From an uncultured Acidobacteriota bacterium (GTDB lineage Bacteria > Acidobacteriota > Thermoanaerobaculia > Multivoradales > SZUA-115), in contig CAWDVR010000004.1 in assembly GCA_963805975.1 (NCBI GenBank), forward strand, positions 480,001 to 544,000: 64,000 bases of DNA, given 5' to 3'. This document shows, one piece after another, positions 1 through 10,689 of this stretch (position 1 is its first letter; every line of letters begins with the position of its first letter). The translations under genes were made by a program, and so were the position numbers. The notes below the pieces were generated by a model that saw nothing but the letters and a program-made list of their open reading frames with translations, did no database searches and was not told where the DNA came from.

Positions 1-1094
1 CGCGGATCGACGATCGAGTTGCCGAAGGCGCCGAAGGGCGCCTCGGCCGCGGCCACCCAGGTCACGGTGGCGTAGCGCACGTCCGCCGGCTCGGCGTCCG
101 CCGGCAGGGGCTCGGCACGCACCGCGCCCTCGAACCCGGCCGCCTCGAACGCCCGGTTCCAGGCCTCGATCCCTTGCCGCACGTAGAGCCGATAGGCCAG
201 CGGGATCGAGTGGTCGAGGTGGAAGACGATCGGTTTCTTCGGCCGGTAGCGGTCGCCCACCTTCTCGCCCGGCGTGAGGCGCCAGCGGTTGGCGATGCGC
301 TCGAAGAAGGCCGGGTCGCCGCGGCGCGAGAAGTCCTTGCGCACGCTGAGCGTGAAGCCGATGCGATCGTCCGCCCGCCGGGGCTCCATGGGCTCCGGCG
401 AAGGCTCGACGAACGAGAAGTGCATGGCGAGCGGCAGGAAGCGAGCGTCCGGGACCGTGTCGAGCGCCTGGGGCTCGGCCGGCCGGAAGGTCAGCGAGGA
501 GCGGATCTCGAGGTTCCGCGGGAAGGACTTCACCCAGGAGAGGTGGCTGCGGTCGGGATCGAGCTGGACGCTCGCCGGCTTGCCGGGCTCGCCCAGCGAC
601 TCGCGCACGAAGCGCTCGACGTTGAAGAGGTCCGAGACCACCCAGGGGTGGATGTCGACGAGGACCGTTCCGTCCTTGCGCTCCGCCGCGATCTCCGCCG
701 AGGTCAGCACCGACGCTCCGAAGCTGCGCGCCACCGCCACCGCCTCCGGGGTACCGGGATCCGCCGTGAAGCGGTGCGGGACCTGCTTCAGGAAGACCCG
801 CTCGCCGTGGCGCTCGAAGACCACCACCTCGGCCTCCAGCCGGTCGTAGTTCGTGTTGGCGTGGAGCCCACGGGCGCCGATGCCCTGCGCGATCCGCGGC
901 ACCACCAGGAGCTCCTGCCCGAAACGCTCGCGAGGAATCGCCAGATACAGGTGATCGCCCTTGCGATAGGTATCGAAAAGCCCCTGTTGGGCTTCGGCAT
1001 CCGTGACCAGAGTCTCGAAATCGGGCTCGTCGGCCGGCGTGGTGCCCGCGAGAGCGAGCAGCGCGATCGCAGCGATCGTGGCGGAGTGACGCAT
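1..1094 (-). CDS. Secreted zinc-dependent metalloprotease, DUF5117/DUF5118/DUF4953-type (N-terminal part; runs off the window)
   Basis: Manual translation from ATG at 1094 (SD AGGAG): MRHSATIAAIALLALAG (signal peptide)...GLFDTYRKGDHLYLAIP...DDRIGF...KKPIVFHLDHSIP...GIEAWNRAFEAAGF. Catalytic HExxH motif not seen inside the window. Confidence 0.75.
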   Translation of the reverse strand, partial: MRHSATIAAIALLALAGTTPADEPDFETLVTDAEAQQGLFDTYRKGDHLYLAIPRERFGQELLVVPRIAQGIGARGLHANTNYDRLEAEVVVFERHGERVFLKQVPHRFTADPGTPEAVAVARSFGASVLTSAEIAAERKDGTVLVDIHPWVVSDLFNVERFVRESLGEPGKPASVQLDPDRSHLSWVKSFPRNLEIRSSLTFRPAEPQALDTVPDARFLPLAMHFSFVEPSPEPMEPRRADDRIGFTLSVRKDFSRRGDPAFFERIANRWRLTPGEKVGDRYRPKKPIVFHLDHSIPLAYRLYVRQGIEAWNRAFEAAGFEGAVRAEPLPADAEPADVRYATVTWVAAAEAPFGAFGNSIVDP

Positions 1095-1177
1095 GAAGGG
1101 GCTCCTTTCTCCGGCAGAAGTCGGAATGGAGTACGTACGTGCGAGGCCCGAGTTTGCCCGGGAGCCGTGGAAGCGTG

Positions 1178-1186
1178 TGCTAGGCT
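1178..1186 (+). promoter_or_regulatory. Extended -10 promoter (TGcTAGGCT) 6 nt before the thrS ATG; probable leaderless transcript
   Basis: TG-n-TAGGCT at 1178-1186, ATG at 1193, no Shine-Dalgarno. Confidence 0.5.
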
Positions 1187-1192
1187 TTTTCG

Positions 1193-3130
1193 ATGTCCAC
1201 TGTATCTGAGGCGCTGAGGCTGACCCTGCCCGACGGTTCCCTGCGCGAAGTGGCGCCGGGCACGACGCCGCTCGCCGTGGCGCAGTCGATCGGCCCGCGG
1301 CTGGCCAAGGACGCCGTGGGCGCGGAGCTCGACGGCAAGCCCGTGGACCTGCGGCAGCCGCTCGGCAAGAGCGGCGCCTTTCGCATCTTCACCGGCAAGA
1401 GCCCGGAGGCCGGCTCGTTCGTTCGCCACAGCGCCGAGCACGTGCTGGCCGACGCCGTGCGCCGTCTGTGGCCGGAAGCCGAGTACGACGCCGGCCGCCA
1501 GGACCACTCCGAGAAGTACCAGTACGACTTCCGCTTTCCGCGCGCGTTCGCGCCCGAGGATCTCGAGAAGATCGAGCAGAAGATGCGCGAGATCCTGGCC
1601 GAGGACGCGCCCTTCGAGCGCCTCGAGGTGTCGCGCGAGGAGGCCGAGCGGGTGTTCCGCGAGATGGGCTTCACCTTGAAGCTCGAGCGCCTGAAGGACA
1701 TCCCCGCGGGCGAGACCATCACCCTCTACCGCCACGGCGCCTTCACCGATCTCTGCCGTGGCCCTCACGTGCAGCGCGCCGGGCAGATCGGCGCCGTGCG
1801 GCTGCTCGAGGCCTCCGGCGTCTACTTCAAGGGCAACGAGCAGGGCGAGAAGCTGCAACGCATCTACGGCACGGCCTTCACCTCCCAGGCCGAGCTCGAG
1901 GCCTACGACGCGGCGCAGAGCCAGGCCCGCGCACGCGACCACCGGCGCTTGGGGCCGGAACTCGATCTCTTCAGCTTCAGCCCGCTGGCGCCGGCCTCGC
2001 CGTTCTTCCACCCCAAGGGTTCGGTGATCTACAACGCGCTGACGGATTTCGTGCGCGGCCTCCAGACCGCTCGCGGCTACGGCGAGGTGGTGACGCCGCA
2101 GGTGATGGACGTCGAGCTGTGGCACACCTCCGGCCACTACGCGAACTACCGCGAGAACATGTTCTTCACCGACGTGGACGAGCGCCAGTTCGCGGTCAAG
2201 CCGATGAACTGCCCGGGCCACTGCCTGATTTTCAAGACCCGGCTGCGCTCCTACCGCGACCTGCCCATCCGCTATGCCGACTTCGGCCGCCTGCACCGCT
2301 ACGAGCGCAGCGGCGTCACCTCCGGGTTGACGCGGGTGCGCAGCTTCAGCCAGGACGACGCCCACATCTTCTGCACCGAGGAGCAGATCGAAGCGGAGGT
2401 GCTGGGCGCGGTGGCGATGATCCGCGAGATCTACGAGACTTTCGGCTTCGAGGACGTGGCGATCGCCGTCGGCACCCGGCCGGAGAAGTCGATCGGCGCC
2501 GCCGAACAGTGGCGGCACGCCGAGAGCGCCTTGCAGGCGGCGCTCGCCAAGCAGGGCCTCGCCTTCACCGTGAACCCCGGCGACGGCGCCTTCTATGGCC
2601 CGAAGATCGATTTTCAGGTGCGCGACGCGCTCGGCCGCCACTGGCAGCTCGGCACCGTGCAGCTCGACTACCAGCTCCCGGCCCGCTTCGCCCTCACCTA
2701 CGTGGGCGCCGACGGTTCCGAGCACCAGCCGGTGATGATCCACCGCGCCATGCTGGGCTCGCTCGAGAGGTTCATGGGCATCCTGATCGAGCACACCGGC
2801 GGCGTGTTCCCAGCCTGGCTGGCACCGGTGCAGGCGGTGGTGCTGCCGGTCTCCGAGAAACAGGCGGCCTACGCCGCCACGGTGCGCGACCGGCTGGCCG
2901 CGGCGGCCGTGCGGGTGGAGCTCGACGACCGCAGCGAGAAGCTGGGCTACAAGATCCGCGAGGCGCAGGTCGCCAAGGTGCCGTACATGCTGGTGGTCGG
3001 GGCGCGCGAGGAGGAGGCGGGTGCCGTCGCCGTTCGCCTCCGCAACGGCGAGGACCTGGGCACCTTGCCCACGGCCGATTTCCTGGCCCGCCTCGAGGAC
3101 CGGGTGCGGTCGCGAAGCCTCGAGTTGTAG
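1193..3130 (+). CDS. thrS: Threonine--tRNA ligase
   Basis: TGS domain, HSAEH editing motif, DLCRGPH, KPMNCP, GAFYGPKID, WQLGTVQLD, IHRAMLGSLERF. Confidence 0.98.
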   Translation: MSTVSEALRLTLPDGSLREVAPGTTPLAVAQSIGPRLAKDAVGAELDGKPVDLRQPLGKSGAFRIFTGKSPEAGSFVRHSAEHVLADAVRRLWPEAEYDAGRQDHSEKYQYDFRFPRAFAPEDLEKIEQKMREILAEDAPFERLEVSREEAERVFREMGFTLKLERLKDIPAGETITLYRHGAFTDLCRGPHVQRAGQIGAVRLLEASGVYFKGNEQGEKLQRIYGTAFTSQAELEAYDAAQSQARARDHRRLGPELDLFSFSPLAPASPFFHPKGSVIYNALTDFVRGLQTARGYGEVVTPQVMDVELWHTSGHYANYRENMFFTDVDERQFAVKPMNCPGHCLIFKTRLRSYRDLPIRYADFGRLHRYERSGVTSGLTRVRSFSQDDAHIFCTEEQIEAEVLGAVAMIREIYETFGFEDVAIAVGTRPEKSIGAAEQWRHAESALQAALAKQGLAFTVNPGDGAFYGPKIDFQVRDALGRHWQLGTVQLDYQLPARFALTYVGADGSEHQPVMIHRAMLGSLERFMGILIEHTGGVFPAWLAPVQAVVLPVSEKQAAYAATVRDRLAAAAVRVELDDRSEKLGYKIREAQVAKVPYMLVVGAREEEAGAVAVRLRNGEDLGTLPTADFLARLEDRVRSRSLEL

Positions 3131-3140
3131 GCTGCTCAAG

Positions 3141-3170
3141 TTGAAGGCAGAGGGGCCGATCGCGTACAAT
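3141..3170 (+). promoter_or_regulatory. Sigma70-type promoter for rpmI-rplT-pheST
   Basis: TTGAAG (3141-3146), 18 nt spacer, TACAAT (3165-3170). Confidence 0.6.
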
Positions 3171-3240
3171 ACTTTGCTCCCGTCTGGCCGGCTCCCGTCT
3201 GAGCGGGGCCCTATTTAGGGACAAACCAAGGAGTCTCTCC

Positions 3241-3435
3241 GTGCCGAAGCTGAAGACCCACAAGGGCACCAAGAAGCGCGTCAAGGTCACGGGCACCGGC
3301 AAGGTCATGCGCCACCACTCGATGACCAGCCACATCCTGACCAAGAAGAGCACCAAGCGGAAGCGCCACCTGCGCAAGCAGACCGAGGTCGCGGGCGCCT
3401 TCGCCGGCAACATCCTGCAGATGTTGCACATCTAG
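3241..3435 (+). CDS. rpmI: 50S ribosomal protein L35
   Basis: [21 protein letters not shown]...[12 protein letters not shown]; SD AAGGAG; GTG start. Confidence 0.97.
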   Translation: MPKLKTHKGTKKRVKVTGTGKVMRHHSMTSHILTKKSTKRKRHLRKQTEVAGAFAGNILQMLHI

Positions 3436-3553
3436 CCCGGGCCCCTCCGGGCTCTACGCCCGGACCCCCGAGCCCGGCCGCCGGTGGGACGAACCTGTCC
3501 ACCGGGGCCGTAACGACGGCCCGCCCCGAGCGGGCAGAAACGAGGTTCTCGAG

Positions 3554-3919
3554 ATGCGCGTCAAACGCGGCAATAAGCGCACGGGCAAGCGCAAGAAGGT
3601 TCTCAAGCTGGCCAAAGGTTTCTACGGCCAGAAATCCAAGTCCTACCGCATCGCCAAACAGGCCGTCGACAAGGCGGGCGTCTACGCCTACCGCGACCGC
3701 AAGCAGAGAAAGCGCGTGTTCCGCAATCTGTGGATCGTGCGCATCAACGCTGCGGCCCGCGCCAACGGTATTTCCTACAGCCGGCTGATGGATGGCCTCC
3801 ACAAGGCGGGCTCTGTGCTCGACCGCAAGATCCTGGCCGATCTCGCCATCACCGATCCCGCGGGGTTTACCAGGTTGGCCGAGACCGCGAAGGGCGCGCT
3901 CGGCGCGGCGTCGGCGTAG
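3554..3919 (+). CDS. rplT: 50S ribosomal protein L20
   Basis: MRVKRG...[23 protein letters not shown]...[10 protein letters not shown]. Confidence 0.98.
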   Translation: MRVKRGNKRTGKRKKVLKLAKGFYGQKSKSYRIAKQAVDKAGVYAYRDRKQRKRVFRNLWIVRINAAARANGISYSRLMDGLHKAGSVLDRKILADLAITDPAGFTRLAETAKGALGAASA

Positions 3920-3985
3920 GCTCCCTCATCGACCATTCGCGATTCCGCCGTCCGGCCGCTACGTCCGGAGATGGGAGGGTGAGCT

Positions 3986-5014
3986 GTGCATGACCTCACC
4001 GAGCTTGGCGGCCGTTTCGACCACGAAGCCGACGCTGTCTCCACCCGTGCCGGCTGGGAGGAGCTGCGGCTAGCCTGGACGGGCAAGAAGCAAGGCCTCC
4101 TGCGCGGACTGCTGGAACGGATGAAGGAGGTGCCGCCCGAGGGCCGGCGCGCCTACGGCCAGGAGGTCAACGGCCTCAAGGAACGCGTCGAGTCTCGCCT
4201 GGCGGCCCTCGACGAGTCCCTCGCCGCCGCCGAGCGGCAGGCCGCCTCGAAGAAGGCCCGGCTCGACGTCACCCTGCCTGGCCGCCGGCCTCTGCTCGGC
4301 AGCCTCCATCCCGTGACCCTCGTCACCCGCGAGATCGAGGAGATCTTCGCCGAGCTGGGCTACAGCGTGGCCGAGGGACCCGAGGTCGAGGACGACTACC
4401 ACAACTTCGAGGCCCTGAACTTCCCGCACGACCACCCGGCGCGGGACACCCAGGACACCTTCTTCGTCGAGGGCGGGCTGCTGCTGCGCACCCACACCTC
4501 GCCGGTGCAGGTCCGCACCATGCTGGAGCGGAGATCGCCGCCCATCCACATCATCTGCCCGGGCAAGGTCTACCGGAACGACAACGACCTGCGGCACTCG
4601 CCGATGTTCCACCAGGTGGAGTGCCTGGCGGTGGACGGGGGGATCACCATCGGGGACCTGAAGGGCACCATCCTCGCCTTCGTCCGGCGCCTCTTCTCGC
4701 CCTCGACCGGCGTGCGCCTGCGGCCGAGCTTCTTCCCCTTCACCGAGCCCTCGGCCGAGGTGGACATCACCTGCCCGTTCTGCCACGGCGGCGGCTGCCC
4801 GACCTGCTCCGGCACCGGCTGGATGGAGATCCTGGGCTCCGGCATGGTGGACCCGCGGGTGCTCGCCGGCTGCGGCATCGACCCCGACCGCTACTCGGGC
4901 TTCGCCTTCGGCCTGGGGGTGGACCGCGTGGCCATGATCCGCTACGGCATCCCCAACATCCGGCTGCTGTTCGACAACGACGAGCGCCTTCTCCGGCAGG
5001 TGGGTGGGCTATGA
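3986..5014 (+). CDS. pheS: Phenylalanine--tRNA ligase alpha subunit
   Basis: HPARDTQDTF, LLRTHTSPVQ, FPFTEPSAE, GFAFGLGVDR; CxxC..CxxC insert. Confidence 0.98.
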   Translation: MHDLTELGGRFDHEADAVSTRAGWEELRLAWTGKKQGLLRGLLERMKEVPPEGRRAYGQEVNGLKERVESRLAALDESLAAAERQAASKKARLDVTLPGRRPLLGSLHPVTLVTREIEEIFAELGYSVAEGPEVEDDYHNFEALNFPHDHPARDTQDTFFVEGGLLLRTHTSPVQVRTMLERRSPPIHIICPGKVYRNDNDLRHSPMFHQVECLAVDGGITIGDLKGTILAFVRRLFSPSTGVRLRPSFFPFTEPSAEVDITCPFCHGGGCPTCSGTGWMEILGSGMVDPRVLAGCGIDPDRYSGFAFGLGVDRVAMIRYGIPNIRLLFDNDERLLRQVGGL

Positions 5015-7083
5015 AATTTTCTCTGTCGTGGCTGCGCGACTATCTGCCGCTGCCGGAGGAGCCGGGCGAGGTGGCCTCGCGCCTGACGGCGGCAGGCCTC
5101 GCCGTCGAGCAGGTGGAGGAGGCCGGCGAAGACACGGTGCTCGACGTCGACGTCACCACCAATCGCGTCGACGCCATGAACCACCTCGGCCTGGCGCGCG
5201 AGCTGTCGGCGATCTTCGACCGGCCGCTCCGCCTGCCGGACGCCGCTCCCGCGGAGGCCGCGGAGCGGACCGAGAATGCGGTGAGCCTCGCGATCGAGGA
5301 CGCGGGCTGCCTGCGCTACGCGGCGCGGGTGGTGCGCGGCGTCAAGATCGGGCCGAGCCCGGAGTGGCTGCGCCTTCGGCTCGAGGCGATCGGCGCGCGC
5401 TCGATCAACAACGTGGTGGACGTCACCAACTACGTGCTCTGGGAGCTGGGCCAGCCGATCCATGCCTTCGACCTTTCTAAGGTCGGTGGCCGAAAGATCG
5501 TGGTGCGCTCCGCCCGAGCGGGCGAGAAGCTGGTGACGCTCGACGGCGTGGAGCGCGAGCTCGCTTCCGAGGACCTGGTGATTGCCGACCAGGCCGAGCC
5601 GCAGGGCCTGGCCGGCGTCATGGGCGGCCAGCCGAGTGAGGTCACAGAGGCCACGGTCGACGTGCTGATCGAGAGCGCGCACTTCGATCCCAAGGCCGTG
5701 CGCCGCGCGGCGCGGCGCCTCGGGATGCACACGGACGCCTCGCACCGCTTCGAGCGCGGCGCCGACCCCGAGATGTGTGCCTTCGCCGCCTCGCGAGCCG
5801 CTGTGCTGATCCGGCAGGTGGCCGGGGGAGAGGTGCTGGCCGGCGTGGCCGACGTGCGTCACGACGCTACGCGCCACTGGCGGCTCGATGGGCGTCTCGT
5901 CCAGGCGCGGCTCGACCGCTTCATCGGAGTGCAGGTGCCGCCGGCGGACGTCGAGCGCTGGCTCGCGCGCCTGGGCTTCGGGCTCGAGCGGGACGGAGCC
6001 GAAGCCTGGCGGGTGCAGGTCCCTTCCTGGCGCTGGTACGACTTCCAGCCTGCCCGTGAACCGGGCGAGTGCTACGAGTCCGATCTCTTCGAGGAGGTGG
6101 CGCGCCTCTTGGGGCTCGACGCCATCCCCGCCACTCTGCCCGCCACCCGCGGCGCGGATGCCCCGCCGTCGCCCGTGATTCTCCGGCGGCGGCAGGTGGC
6201 CCGGCACCTCGCCGCCTGCGGTTTCGCCGAGGCGGTCAACTACGCGTTCCACGATCCCGCGGAGGCCGCGATGCTGCCGAGCCTGAAGCCGGGCTCGCCG
6301 GCCGTGCGGCTCGCCAACCCGCTCTCGGAGCGCTACTCGGTGATGCGCCGCTCGCTCCTGCCGGGCCTCGTCCTGAGCGCCCGCTTCAACCAGCGCCGGG
6401 GAGCACCCGCCGTCCGCCTGTTCGAGATCGGCAGGGCCTTCTTCGGAAGAACAGAGCCGGGCCTGCCGGAAGAGATCGAGCTGGTGGGCTTGGTGGTCGG
6501 CGGTACGTGGGGCTCGCCCTGGCAGCGCTCGGTCGAGATCGACCTCTTCGACCTCAAGGGGGCCGTGGAGAGCGTGGCTGCCGGTTTCGGCGTGGAGATC
6601 GAGGCCCGTCCGGCGGTATTGCCGGGTCTGGTAGAGGGAGCGACGGCGGAGCTGCTCATCGACGGCGAGGTCGTGGGCTACCTGGGGCGGCTCGGGGAAG
6701 AGGAGGCCTACCCGCTGTTCGCCGCCGAGCTGGCTCTCGCGGCCCTGGGCGAAGGCGCGGCCGACCACCAGGTCGAGCCGCCGTCCCGTTTCCCCGGCGT
6801 GGCGGCAGACCTCACCCTGACCCACTCCCTGGCGGTGGCCTGGAGCGAGCTGGTGGTGACCATCGATGCCGAGAAGCCGCCGACCCTCCTCGCCTTCGAG
6901 CTCAAGGATCGCTACCAGGGCGCGGGCGTGCCGGAGGGGGCCGTCAACACCACGATCGCCTTCTCCTACGGCGCGAAAGATCGCTCCCTGACCCAGGAGG
7001 AAGTCAACGCCGCGCACCTGGGGCTCGCCTCGGAGCTCGAGTCGCGCTACGGTTGGGCTCGCGACGGAGGGATGGACCGATGA
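5011..7083 (+). CDS. pheT: Phenylalanine--tRNA ligase beta subunit (690 aa; lacks the B2 OB-fold)
   Basis: ATG at 5011 overlapping the pheS stop: MKFSLSWL...DVTTNRVD; RSINNVVDVTNYV, HAFD, DASHRFERG, NPLSE..SVMRRSL, FDX-ACB C-terminus. Confidence 0.96.
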   Translation: MKFSLSWLRDYLPLPEEPGEVASRLTAAGLAVEQVEEAGEDTVLDVDVTTNRVDAMNHLGLARELSAIFDRPLRLPDAAPAEAAERTENAVSLAIEDAGCLRYAARVVRGVKIGPSPEWLRLRLEAIGARSINNVVDVTNYVLWELGQPIHAFDLSKVGGRKIVVRSARAGEKLVTLDGVERELASEDLVIADQAEPQGLAGVMGGQPSEVTEATVDVLIESAHFDPKAVRRAARRLGMHTDASHRFERGADPEMCAFAASRAAVLIRQVAGGEVLAGVADVRHDATRHWRLDGRLVQARLDRFIGVQVPPADVERWLARLGFGLERDGAEAWRVQVPSWRWYDFQPAREPGECYESDLFEEVARLLGLDAIPATLPATRGADAPPSPVILRRRQVARHLAACGFAEAVNYAFHDPAEAAMLPSLKPGSPAVRLANPLSERYSVMRRSLLPGLVLSARFNQRRGAPAVRLFEIGRAFFGRTEPGLPEEIELVGLVVGGTWGSPWQRSVEIDLFDLKGAVESVAAGFGVEIEARPAVLPGLVEGATAELLIDGEVVGYLGRLGEEEAYPLFAAELALAALGEGAADHQVEPPSRFPGVAADLTLTHSLAVAWSELVVTIDAEKPPTLLAFELKDRYQGAGVPEGAVNTTIAFSYGAKDRSLTQEEVNAAHLGLASELESRYGWARDGGMDR

Positions 7084-7340
7084 AGAAGGCGGAGAAGACG
7101 GAAGAAGGTTTGCTCGACGGTCTGGAACGGGCCGTGCACGCCGCGGCGGAAAGGATCCGGGTCCTCAATGCGGAGAACGCCCGGCTGGCCTCCCGCATCG
7201 AGGAGCTCGAGGGCGAGGCCGCCGCAGACAGCGGGGAGGCCGCGGCCTGGGCCGAGGAGCGCGACGACGTTCGGCGTCGGGTCGAAGCCTTGACCGAGAC
7301 GCTCGAGGGCCTGCTCGCGGACGGAGCGGCCGACGAATGA
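7080..7340 (+). CDS. ZapB-like coiled-coil cell division protein
   Basis: 86 aa coiled coil (LDGLERAV...ENARL...ERDDVRRRVEAL) between pheT and zapA; ATGA overlap. Confidence 0.7.
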   Translation: MKKAEKTEEGLLDGLERAVHAAAERIRVLNAENARLASRIEELEGEAAADSGEAAAWAEERDDVRRRVEALTETLEGLLADGAADE

Positions 7341-7419
7341 GGGTGTGCTATAGTCCGCCCGCGGTCAAACCCTTGGCAAGGCTCGACTTTCGCGGGGTTG
7401 CCGCCGCTTGGCTACGGGC

Positions 7420-7719
7420 ATGAGCACGAAAGGCTCGGGGGCGAAGGAAGTCGAGATCTTCGGCAACTTTTATCCCATCCGTGGCCACGCGGATCAGGAG
7501 TACCTCCAGGAGCTGGCGGCCGTCGTGGATCGCAAGATGCGCGAGGTCGCTCGGCAGGTGACCACGGTGGACACCACCCGCATCGCCATCCTGGCGGCGC
7601 TGAACCTGTCTGATGAACTTTTCCAGTGCCGAAGAGGCCAGGAAGGGGAACGGGTCAGATTCAAGGAGAAGGTCGCCGAGCTCGCGGTCGAGTTATCGGT
7701 AGCTCTGGACGAGAAGTGA
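7420..7719 (+). CDS. zapA: Cell division protein ZapA
   Basis: VEIFGNFYPI...YLQELAAVVDRKMRE...RIAILAALNLSDEL. Confidence 0.92.
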   Translation: MSTKGSGAKEVEIFGNFYPIRGHADQEYLQELAAVVDRKMREVARQVTTVDTTRIAILAALNLSDELFQCRRGQEGERVRFKEKVAELAVELSVALDEK

Positions 7720-7762
7720 GCGAGGACGACCTTGACAACTCCATTGACGGATAGGGCGTTTG

Positions 7763-7947
7763 CATCCCCTGCGCGGTTAGTGATGGGTTATCCCATTGTA
7801 GAACCAACAGATACACCACGGGAGTCTTTTACCTGCGCGGCCTGTGCCAGCCCCGCTCCGACGGGGACGCTAACGGCTCGTAGAGCGGACACCCACTTGG
7901 CGCCTTAGGTTCTAAGCGCGGCGGCCCACACGGCTCCGCGGGGGATG
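7763..7947 (+). ncRNA. ssrS: 6S RNA
   Basis: ~185 nt whose ends pair (CATCCCCTGCG with CGCGGGGGATG); conserved zapA-6S-rny position; TTGACA at 7732-7737 upstream. Confidence 0.85.
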
Positions 7948-8023
7948 TTCTTCCACGCTTTTCTCCTCTGGAGAAAGGCCCCTACCACCCCGTTCTCCCT
8001 CCCGCCCGGAACGGGGGCTCTGC

Positions 8024-9592
8024 GTGAATTCCAATATTGCCTGGGTCGTGGTGATCCTGCTCGTGGTCGCCAGCCTGCTGCTGGTCTTTGTCTGGCGGCG
8101 CGCACAGCAGCGGGCCAAGGAGATCCTCGCCGACGCCGACAGCCGACGTCTGAAGGCTCTCGAAGAGGCGAACCGCCAAGGCGAGGCCATCGTCCGCGAG
8201 GCGGAGCTGGCGGCCAAGGAGAAGCTCTTCCAGGCGCGCACCGAGTTCGAGAAGGCCTCGAGCAAGCGCCGCAGCGAGCTCGAGACCGTCGAGCGTCGCC
8301 TGCAGCAGAAGGAAGACCTGCTGGACAAGCGCACCGACCAGATCACCCGGCGCGAGCAGGATCTGACCGGCCAGGAGAAGAGCCTGGTCGGCCGGGAGCG
8401 GAGCGTCGCCGACAAGGAGGCCGAGCTCGATGCGCTGGTGGCCGAAGAGCGCTCCAAGGTGGAGCAGATCGCCGGCCTGACTGCCCAGCAGGCGCGCGAG
8501 GAGCTGGTGCGGCTGATGGAGACCGAGGCGCGGATGGAAGCCGCCCACATGGTGAAGCGGCTCGACGACGAGGCCCGGGAGCAGGCCACCAAGCAGGCCC
8601 AGCGCATCATCGGCATGGCCATCCAGCGGGTGGCGTCCGACTACGTCTCCGAGACCACGGTGTCGGTGGTGATGCTGCCCAACGACGAGATGAAGGGCCG
8701 CATCATCGGCCGCGAGGGCCGGAACATCCGCACCCTCGAGATGGCGACCGGCGTCGACCTGATCGTCGACGACACCCCCGAGGCGGTGATCCTCTCCGGC
8801 TTCGACCCCTTCCGCCGCGAGATCGCCCGCGTCTCGCTCGAGCGCCTGATCGCCGACGGCCGCATCCACCCGGCGCGGATCGAGGAGATCGTCGAGAAGG
8901 TGAAGGCGGAGTTCGACGACCGGGTGCGCACCGAGGGTGAGGCGGCGCTGCTCGAGCTCAACATCGGCAACGTCGACCCCGAGCTGGTGCGGCTCCTGGG
9001 GCGCCTGCGCTTCCGCACCTCCTACGGCCAGAACGCGCTTCATCATTCCAAGGAGGTCGCCTTCCTGGCCGGCACCATGGCGGCCGAGCTCAAGGCCAAG
9101 GTCCACGTGGCCAAGCGGGCGGGGCTGTTCCACGACATCGGCAAGGCGATCGACCGCGAGATGGACGGCACCCACCTCGAGCTGGGCATCGACCTGCTGC
9201 GCAAGCACGGCGAGACCGAAGAGGTCATCCATGCCATGGCCTGCCACCACGGCGACTACGACCCGCAGACCGTCGAGGCCGTGCTGGTGACCGCCGCCGA
9301 CGCGCTCTCGGCCGCTCGCCCCGGCGCCCGCCGCGAGGTGCTCGAGACCTACGTCAAGCGCCTGGAGAAGCTCGAGGAGATCGCCGGCGGCTTCAAGGGC
9401 GTGCAGAAGACCTTCGCCATCCAGGCCGGCCGCGAGGTGCGGATCATCGTCGACAGCGGCAAGCTGGGGGACGAGCAGGCGATCTGGCTGTCGAAGGACA
9501 TCGCCAAGAAGATCGAGAGCGAGCTCACCTACCCCGGCCAGATCAAGGTCACCGTGATCCGCGAGACTCGCGCCGTCGAGTTCGCCCGATGA
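8024..9592 (+). CDS. rny: Ribonuclease Y
   Basis: N-terminal TM helix, coiled coil, KH domain ([15 protein letters not shown]), HD domain (HDIGKA), [12 protein letters not shown]. Confidence 0.97.
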   Translation: MNSNIAWVVVILLVVASLLLVFVWRRAQQRAKEILADADSRRLKALEEANRQGEAIVREAELAAKEKLFQARTEFEKASSKRRSELETVERRLQQKEDLLDKRTDQITRREQDLTGQEKSLVGRERSVADKEAELDALVAEERSKVEQIAGLTAQQAREELVRLMETEARMEAAHMVKRLDDEAREQATKQAQRIIGMAIQRVASDYVSETTVSVVMLPNDEMKGRIIGREGRNIRTLEMATGVDLIVDDTPEAVILSGFDPFRREIARVSLERLIADGRIHPARIEEIVEKVKAEFDDRVRTEGEAALLELNIGNVDPELVRLLGRLRFRTSYGQNALHHSKEVAFLAGTMAAELKAKVHVAKRAGLFHDIGKAIDREMDGTHLELGIDLLRKHGETEEVIHAMACHHGDYDPQTVEAVLVTAADALSAARPGARREVLETYVKRLEKLEEIAGGFKGVQKTFAIQAGREVRIIVDSGKLGDEQAIWLSKDIAKKIESELTYPGQIKVTVIRETRAVEFAR

Positions 9593-10371
9593 AGCTGCTG
9601 TTCGTGGGCGACGTGATCGCCAAGCCCGGCCGGCGGGCGCTCACCGCCCTGCTGCCGGGGCTGATCGATCGCCACCGAGTCGACTACGTGGTGGTCAACG
9701 TCGAGAACTCGGCCGGCGGCAGCGGTCCCACGCCCGAGATCTGGCAGGAGCTTGCCGAGCTGCCGATCGACTGTTTCACCTCCGGCAACCACATCTGGGA
9801 CAAGAAAGAGACGCTGCCCCTCCTGGAGCGCACGCCCAATCTCCTGCGCCCGGCCAACTACCCGGCCGGCAACCCCGGCAAGGGACTGCACGTGGGCGAG
9901 ACACCGGCCGGCATCAAGGTCGCGACCCTCAACCTCGAAGGCCGGGTCTTCATGAAGACCCTCGACTCGCCCTTCGAGGTGGCGGACCGCCTGCTCGCGA
10001 GCCTGCCCGGCGACGTCAAGGTGCGCTTCCTGGACTTCCACGCCGAGGCGACGAGCGAGAAGCAGGCCTTGGGTTTTTACCTGGACGGCCGGATCTCGGC
10101 CATGGTCGGCACCCACACTCACGTCCCGACCGCGGACGAGCGCATCCTGCCCAAGGGCACCGCTTTCCAGACCGACGCCGGCATGACCGGCCCCTACGAG
10201 TCGGTGATCGGCGTCCGCGCCGACCGGGTCATCGAGCGCTTCCTCCTCCAGACCGGCCAGCCCTTCGACACCGCCAAGAACGACGTCCGCTTAGCCGGCA
10301 CCCTCTTCGACATCGACGAGGCGACGGGCAGGGCGCGGGGGGTGGAACGGGTGCTGGTGGCGCATCTGTAG
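9589..10371 (+). CDS. ymdB: YmdB/TIGR00282-family metallophosphoesterase
   Basis: [42 protein letters not shown]; follows rny. Confidence 0.93.
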   Translation: MKLLFVGDVIAKPGRRALTALLPGLIDRHRVDYVVVNVENSAGGSGPTPEIWQELAELPIDCFTSGNHIWDKKETLPLLERTPNLLRPANYPAGNPGKGLHVGETPAGIKVATLNLEGRVFMKTLDSPFEVADRLLASLPGDVKVRFLDFHAEATSEKQALGFYLDGRISAMVGTHTHVPTADERILPKGTAFQTDAGMTGPYESVIGVRADRVIERFLLQTGQPFDTAKNDVRLAGTLFDIDEATGRARGVERVLVAHL

Positions 10372-10440
10372 AGCCAGGGCAGGAAACACCTCCGGGTGAC
10401 GTACAATGGCGAGGTTGGTGTACGTCTGCGGAGGCCCAGA

Positions 10441-10689
10441 ATGGCGGCAACAAAGCTCACCCTGAGGCTCGACGAGGATCTGGTGACCTCGGCCAAGGAC
10501 TATGCGCGGCGTTCGGGAAAGTCGGTTTCCCAACTGGTGGCAGCCTACTTCAGCGCCTTGCAGCACCTCGGAAACGAGGATGCCGGCAAGAGACTGACAC
10601 CGCTCGTCCGATCCCTCAAAGGGGCTTGGAAGGGCAGCCCCGTCGATGTCGAGGACTATCGTCGCCATCTGACGGAGAAGTACCGGTGA
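10441..10689 (+). CDS. Putative RHH antitoxin (DUF6364-like)
   Basis: TKLTLRLDEDLV..AKDYA...GKSVSQLV..YF...TPLVRSLKG; SD GGAGG; overlaps the PIN gene. Confidence 0.8.
   Translation: MAATKLTLRLDEDLVTSAKDYARRSGKSVSQLVAAYFSALQHLGNEDAGKRLTPLVRSLKGAWKGSPVDVEDYRRHLTEKYR

Noticed and set aside
3436-3553. Structured RNA (L20-leader-like) between rpmI and rplT
   Set aside because: GC-rich hairpins are present but I cannot match them to a known motif by eye.
7905-8105. Short ORFs in the zapA-rny gap
   Set aside because: The region is explained by 6S RNA and the rny leader.
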